Below, in pieces: positions 59,513 through 64,000 of a DNA stretch of 64,000 bases. The position numbers were made by a program, and so were the translations under genes. The notes beneath the pieces were generated by a model. That model did no database searches, was not told the origin of the DNA, and worked only from the letters and a program-made list of their open reading frames with translations. This DNA is from an uncultured delta proteobacterium (lineage in GTDB: Bacteria > Desulfobacterota > Syntrophorhabdia > Syntrophorhabdales > WCHB1-27): contig CAWEPK010000012.1 of the NCBI GenBank assembly GCA_963810935.1, positions 320,001-384,000 on the forward strand, in the 5' to 3' direction. Within the stretch, counting starts at the first letter, position 1. Every line of letters begins with the position of its first letter.

Positions 59513-61441
59513 TTACGTCACTGCTTCTATCTCGGCTGTTGTGCTGTAATAGGCCGCCATTTCGCCCGACGTGGAGACGCGGCATTCGGTAAGCTGGTTG
59601 ACCCCGCCGTTGTGCTTCATCCACGTGCCGTAATCTATCGCGATGATGTCCTCGCCCACGTCGTCAGAAAGGCGCACTTCCACGTCGAGCTCGCCGGCGC
59701 CTGTCCTTACGGTTGCGCGCGACCCGCTTTTCAGGCCTAGAGGGCCCGCAGCTTTCGTATGGAGAAGGGCCACCGGCACCTCCGGGTGCTCGTTCTCCAG
59801 GATGAGCGAGTTGAGCCACGTGTTGCTGAGTACGGAGAGCAGATGGAAAGGCCGGCCGCTTTCCTGCGCGGGTGGGAGCTTATCGACCAGTTCGAACCTG
59901 CCGGAAGGCGTCTTGAACGTCCCACCCTCGAAAGCAACCTGCGGCGCGACCGGGCAGCGGACGGGTGATTCCATGAGCTTTTCCACGGTCAGCCCCAGCC
60001 GTTCCATCGGCGACATCAGCCGTTTGAGCCATTCCCGGGTCGTGCCTGCCATCTCGTCTCCAAGCCCGCACCGGAGCGCCAGCTCCTGTACGATGCGCAG
60101 GTCCGATTTCGCCTCCCCGGGCGGCTCTATCGCGGCGTTGACCGGGCCGATCCAGTTGTGGCCCCATGAGACGACGACGTCGTCTTCCTCAAGGAACGTC
60201 GCGGCGGGAAGGAAGATGTCCGCAAGCTCGGCGGTGTCGGTCATGAAGTGATCGACGACTACCACGAAATCAAGCCCTTTAAGCGCCTTGATGACGCTGT
60301 GGGAATCGGGGCACGAGGCTGCGGGGTTCGTGCCGTTGATCCAGATCATGCGGACAGGCGGGTCTTTCGACTCGAGTATGCCGGGCCCCAGGCGCGGCTC
60401 GGAGATGAGCCGGTGGCTGCGGGCGATGGGGGCCATCACCTTCGGGTCGAAATGGCGCCTTGTCGCAAAACCGTGGTTGACTCCGCCTCCGGCCTTACCG
60501 ATGTTGCCCGTCAGGCAGCCGAGGGCATCGATCAGGCGGATCATATCAGGGCCGTGGACCCACTTGTTTATACCGTAGCCGAGGATGATGGACGCAGGCC
60601 GCGCGTTGCCGTAGAGTGCTGCGAGTGCCTCTATAGTCCGGCTGTCGATGCCGCAGCGTTCGCATATCTCATCCGTGCTTACGGACGCGGCCATTGCCTC
60701 GAACTTATCGTAGCCCGCGGCATGCTCTTCTATGAAGGCGCGGTCGGTAAGCCCGGTCCTGATAAGCTCCTTCGCTATGCCGAGGGCCAAAAACCCGTCG
60801 CTGCCTGCCTTCGGGGCGATGTACATATCGGCCAGGGCCGCAGTTTTCGTTTTTATGGGATCGACAAGGATAACCTTCGTCCCGTTCTTCTGCGCCTCCT
60901 TCAGAAATGGAACGATGTGGCGGCTCGACTTGACCGGGTCCTTGCCCCAGATGATAACGACCTTGCTGTTGACTACGTCGGACGGGTCGTTCCCGAGCCG
61001 CTCGCCCATGTCGGCCTTCTGCGCAGCCATTACGGAACCGGCGCAGAGCGAGCCCGTCTGCATCGTCACGTCGCCCAGGAGGTTGAAGAACCTCCTGACG
61101 AGGTGCTTCGACGCGCCCCACGAGGCGGAGCGCTGGAAGTGCATTATCGACGGCCAGCCGTATTCCTTGGCAAAAAAGGCGATCTTCGCCGCTATCGTAT
61201 CGAGCGCTTCATCCCACGAGATGCGCGCCCATCCGTCGGGCGTCTTCTTCATCGGGTGGAGCATCCTGTAAGGGCTGTAAATGCGCTGCGGGTATTTGTA
61301 GCCGCGCTTGCAAAGGTAGCCGCGCGTGAAGCCGTGGTCAGGGTTGCCCTTCACGGAGACGAGGCGGCCGTCCTCAACTTCGGCGATCATGCCGCAGTTG
61401 TCGGGGCAGTCGTCGGCGCAGGTAGTTATGATAGACTTCAT
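59513..61441 (-). CDS. Molybdopterin-dependent oxidoreductase
   Basis: CADDCPDNC...GYLC Fe-S motif, ISWDEALD, TDTAELADIFLP, molybdopterin dinucleotide domain. Confidence 0.92.
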   Translation of the reverse strand: MKSIITTCADDCPDNCGMIAEVEDGRLVSVKGNPDHGFTRGYLCKRGYKYPQRIYSPYRMLHPMKKTPDGWARISWDEALDTIAAKIAFFAKEYGWPSIMHFQRSASWGASKHLVRRFFNLLGDVTMQTGSLCAGSVMAAQKADMGERLGNDPSDVVNSKVVIIWGKDPVKSSRHIVPFLKEAQKNGTKVILVDPIKTKTAALADMYIAPKAGSDGFLALGIAKELIRTGLTDRAFIEEHAAGYDKFEAMAASVSTDEICERCGIDSRTIEALAALYGNARPASIILGYGINKWVHGPDMIRLIDALGCLTGNIGKAGGGVNHGFATRRHFDPKVMAPIARSHRLISEPRLGPGILESKDPPVRMIWINGTNPAASCPDSHSVIKALKGLDFVVVVDHFMTDTAELADIFLPAATFLEEDDVVVSWGHNWIGPVNAAIEPPGEAKSDLRIVQELALRCGLGDEMAGTTREWLKRLMSPMERLGLTVEKLMESPVRCPVAPQVAFEGGTFKTPSGRFELVDKLPPAQESGRPFHLLSVLSNTWLNSLILENEHPEVPVALLHTKAAGPLGLKSGSRATVRTGAGELDVEVRLSDDVGEDIIAIDYGTWMKHNGGVNQLTECRVSTSGEMAAYYSTTAEIEAVT

Positions 61442-61465
61442 GCGAACACCTCCGCGAATAAATAA

Positions 61466-62170
61466 CTATATCCCGATACCGAGGTAGCGGACGAGTATCT
61501 CCTTGCGCCCCTGCAATTCCTCACGCGTCGCGCTGTGCTCTATCCTGCCCTTCACCATGAAGTAGACGCGGTCCGATAGCGCCAGGGTAAAGGGCACCTT
61601 CTCTTCGATCAGCAGGATAGTCATGCCCAGCTCGTTGAGCTTCTTTATGATCCCCTTGAGACTCGACACGAAAAGCGGCATCAGGCCGGTAGTCGGCTCG
61701 TCCAGAAGGAGCACTTGCGGGTCTTTGACGATGGCCCGCGAGATGGCGAGGGCCTGCTGCTCCCCTCCGCTTAACGACCCCGCCTTTTGGCCCAGCCTGC
61801 CTTTCAGGTTGGGGAAGAGGTCGAAGACCTTGTCCAGCCCGTCGCCGGGACGCCTGCCGACCATGCCTGTTTTCAGGTTTTCGAGGACGGTCATCTTCGG
61901 GAAAAGGTGCCTTCCCTGCGGCACGTACGCTATGCCCTTCCGCGCGATCCTGTACGTCTCACGGCCCGCAATCTCCTCGCCGCCCAGAAGTATGCTCCCG
62001 GACTTGGACTTCACGAGGCCCATTATGGTGCCGAGGGTCGTCGTCTTCCCCGCCCCGTTCCGGCCCAGGAGCGACACGATCTCTCCCTTCTCCAGATCGA
62101 GCGAGACGCCCTGCAGGATATGGCTCTTGCCGTAATAGGTATGGATATCCCGGACGCTTAAGATGCTCAT
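61466..62170 (-). CDS. Branched-chain amino acid-type ABC ATPase (LivF-like)
   Basis: GRNGAGKTT, LSGGEQQ. Confidence 0.92.
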   Translation of the reverse strand: MSILSVRDIHTYYGKSHILQGVSLDLEKGEIVSLLGRNGAGKTTTLGTIMGLVKSKSGSILLGGEEIAGRETYRIARKGIAYVPQGRHLFPKMTVLENLKTGMVGRRPGDGLDKVFDLFPNLKGRLGQKAGSLSGGEQQALAISRAIVKDPQVLLLDEPTTGLMPLFVSSLKGIIKKLNELGMTILLIEEKVPFTLALSDRVYFMVKGRIEHSATREELQGRKEILVRYLGIGI

Positions 62171-62925
62171 TCCGTATCCCCGATGTAGAGCCGCTGCACC
62201 TCCGCGTTGCTGCCGATGATGTCGCAAGTGCCTTCAGCGATGACGCGGCCGAAACTCAGCACGGTGAGGTTGTGGCAGAGCCGCAAAATAAGGTCCATAT
62301 CGTGCTCTATGAGGAGTATGGACATGCTCTGCGACAGGCGCTCGATCAGCTCCACGATCGCATCGGCCTCGTTGGGCCCGACCCCCTGGGTAGGCTCGTC
62401 GAGGAGGAGCAGCGACGGCTGCGTGCTGAGGGCCATTGCGATCTCGAGGACCTTCTGGTCGCCGTAGGATAGGTTCGAGGCGAGGTCCTTCATCTTGTCC
62501 CGGAGGCCGACAAGGCTGCATATCTCCTCCGTCCTTTCCCGCGTTTTTTTCAGCTTGTCCGCTTTCGAGAAGAACAGGCTGCCTCCCTTCATCTGCGAAT
62601 AGACGCCGACCCACACGGAATCGAACACGCTCATGTCGGGGAATACGAAGGTAAGCTGGAATGTCCGGCCGAGCCCCTTGCGGCAGATGACGTGGGGCGG
62701 CAGGCCGGTTATCTCCTCCCCTTTGAGGAGTATGCGCCCGGAGCTGGCCTTCAGCTCCCCGGTGATAAGGTTGAAGAGCGTTGTCTTGCCCGCTCCGTTC
62801 GGGCCGATGACCCCCCTTATCTCGCCTTTCTTTATCGACGTCGTTACGCCGTCAACGGCCACCATGCCGCCGAAGTGGCGCGATACGTTGACGATCTCGA
62901 GGAGGGTTTCGCTTTCGGCCGTCAT
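62167..62925 (-). CDS. Branched-chain amino acid-type ABC ATPase (LivG-like)
   Basis: GPNGAGKTT, LSYGDQK, IEHDM. Confidence 0.92.
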   Translation of the reverse strand: MTAESETLLEIVNVSRHFGGMVAVDGVTTSIKKGEIRGVIGPNGAGKTTLFNLITGELKASSGRILLKGEEITGLPPHVICRKGLGRTFQLTFVFPDMSVFDSVWVGVYSQMKGGSLFFSKADKLKKTRERTEEICSLVGLRDKMKDLASNLSYGDQKVLEIAMALSTQPSLLLLDEPTQGVGPNEADAIVELIERLSQSMSILLIEHDMDLILRLCHNLTVLSFGRVIAEGTCDIIGSNAEVQRLYIGDTE

Positions 62926-63854
62926 TTTGCGCCCCTTTCAAGGATGTAGCCGAGGATCCCTTTTCTCGACACCTTCAGGATGACAAGCACGAGGATGCCG
63001 AAAAGCAAAAGGTAATAGGTGAACCACGCGCTCACGTAGTATTGGAAGAGCGACATGAGCACCGCGCCCAGCCACGGCCCTGCAAGCGTGCCGAGCCCGC
63101 CCACGAGGCACCAGACGACGGGCAGGACGGACCAATAGAAAGAGAAGTAATCGGCCGACGCGTACCGGAGCGTAAGGGCATAGAGGGCGCCTGCCAGCGA
63201 GACCATCCCCGCCGATATGACGAAAGCGATCAACTTGTACAGGAAGACGTCGTACCCGAGGAAGCGCACCCGCTTCTCGTTCTCCCTTATCGACACGAAT
63301 ATCTTGCCGAGGGGCGCACTCGCGATGCGCTCCAGGAAAAGATAGGCCAGCACCAAAAAAAGCAGCACGAAGTAGTAATTCGCGAACGGGTTGTAAAGGG
63401 AGAGCTTGACGCCGCCGAGCGCGAGCGGCGGCACGCTCACGGTCAGGCCGTCGTCGCCGCCGGTCAGCCACGTGAGGTCCATTGCGAGGAGGTGGAAGAC
63501 GGCCGATATAATGGCGGTCACTATGACGAAGTATGCCTCCGACAGCCTGACGCAGATAACGCCGACCAGCACCGCGAAGCAAAGCCCCGCCCCCACGCCG
63601 CATGCCAGCGATGCTATGAAGCCCACCTTGAGGTGCATTATCGCCAGGACGGTGCCGTACGCGCCGACGCCGAAAAAGATGGAATGGCCCAGGCTGCACT
63701 GCTGCGTCAGGCCCAGGCAGACGTCGTACCCCATCGCAAAGATGGAGAAGATCATCATCTGTATGACGAGCGAGCGCGCCCCGGCGGGCAGCAGTACCCC
63801 GAGGACCGTAAAGACCCCAAGGGCAATGAGTGCGAAGCTCCGCCGGTCGACCAT
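62922..63854 (-). CDS. ABC permease (LivM-like)
   Basis: SLGHSIFFGVGAY, TGGDDG, IRENEKR. Confidence 0.9.
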   Translation of the reverse strand: MVDRRSFALIALGVFTVLGVLLPAGARSLVIQMMIFSIFAMGYDVCLGLTQQCSLGHSIFFGVGAYGTVLAIMHLKVGFIASLACGVGAGLCFAVLVGVICVRLSEAYFVIVTAIISAVFHLLAMDLTWLTGGDDGLTVSVPPLALGGVKLSLYNPFANYYFVLLFLVLAYLFLERIASAPLGKIFVSIRENEKRVRFLGYDVFLYKLIAFVISAGMVSLAGALYALTLRYASADYFSFYWSVLPVVWCLVGGLGTLAGPWLGAVLMSLFQYYVSAWFTYYLLLFGILVLVILKVSRKGILGYILERGAK

Positions 63855-64000
63855 TACCGCTCTGCGCCTCCGAAGAGCCCCTTCGGCCTCACCATGAGGA
63901 CTGCGACCATGACGACAAAGATTGCTGCCTTCGATAGGGTGGGACTGAGGAAGCTGGTCATGACGCCCTCCAGGGAGCAAAGTCCGAGGGCGGCGATGAG
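63854..64000 (-). CDS. ABC permease (LivH-like), C-terminal fragment
   Basis: Minus frame ends ...FVVMVAVLMVRPKGLFGGAER*. Confidence 0.75.
   Translation of the reverse strand, partial: LIAALGLCSLEGVMTSFLSPTLSKAAIFVVMVAVLMVRPKGLFGGAER

Noticed and set aside
1..64000. tRNA, rRNA, prophage, retron or DGR genes
   Set aside because: None recognised by eye; no reverse transcriptase, integrase or phage structural genes seen. Not excluded without tRNAscan/Infernal

Overview
A 64-kb chromosomal window of an anaerobic, GC-rich bacterium. Gene content suggests Desulfobacterota or Syntrophorhabdaceae-like; this is inference. Metabolic genes: two 2-oxoacid:acceptor oxidoreductase loci, one a GntR-linked padEFGHI-like phenylglyoxylate dehydrogenase operon. 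A lower-GC accessory island (about 2.6-9.6 kb) holds an HD-NB-ARC(STAND)-TPR-SEC-C protein, a RelE/HTH toxin-antitoxin pair whose toxin has a nonsense codon, and a complete IS1595-family element with TIRs, an 8-bp TSD and passenger genes. Regulatory genes: a PAS hybrid kinase-kaiC-kaiB-kaiB cluster, two tandem RpoH-like sigma factors with sigma54-type promoters, an NtrC-family regulator and a divergent RpoD paralogue. Also present: a ~7.5-kb TpsA-like exoprotein gene with two secretion domains, the rarA-yhaM-rsmE-dprA-topA-trmFO block, a decayed rhodanese with UGA plus SECIS, an IS200 inside a REP-like repeat cluster, a 278-bp rod-folding MITE-like element just upstream of ku-ligD, and a Liv-type ABC/molybdopterin oxidoreductase/MFS cluster. 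Several genes have single-base frameshifts that may be sequencing errors. All calls come from reading motifs by eye; no searches were run.
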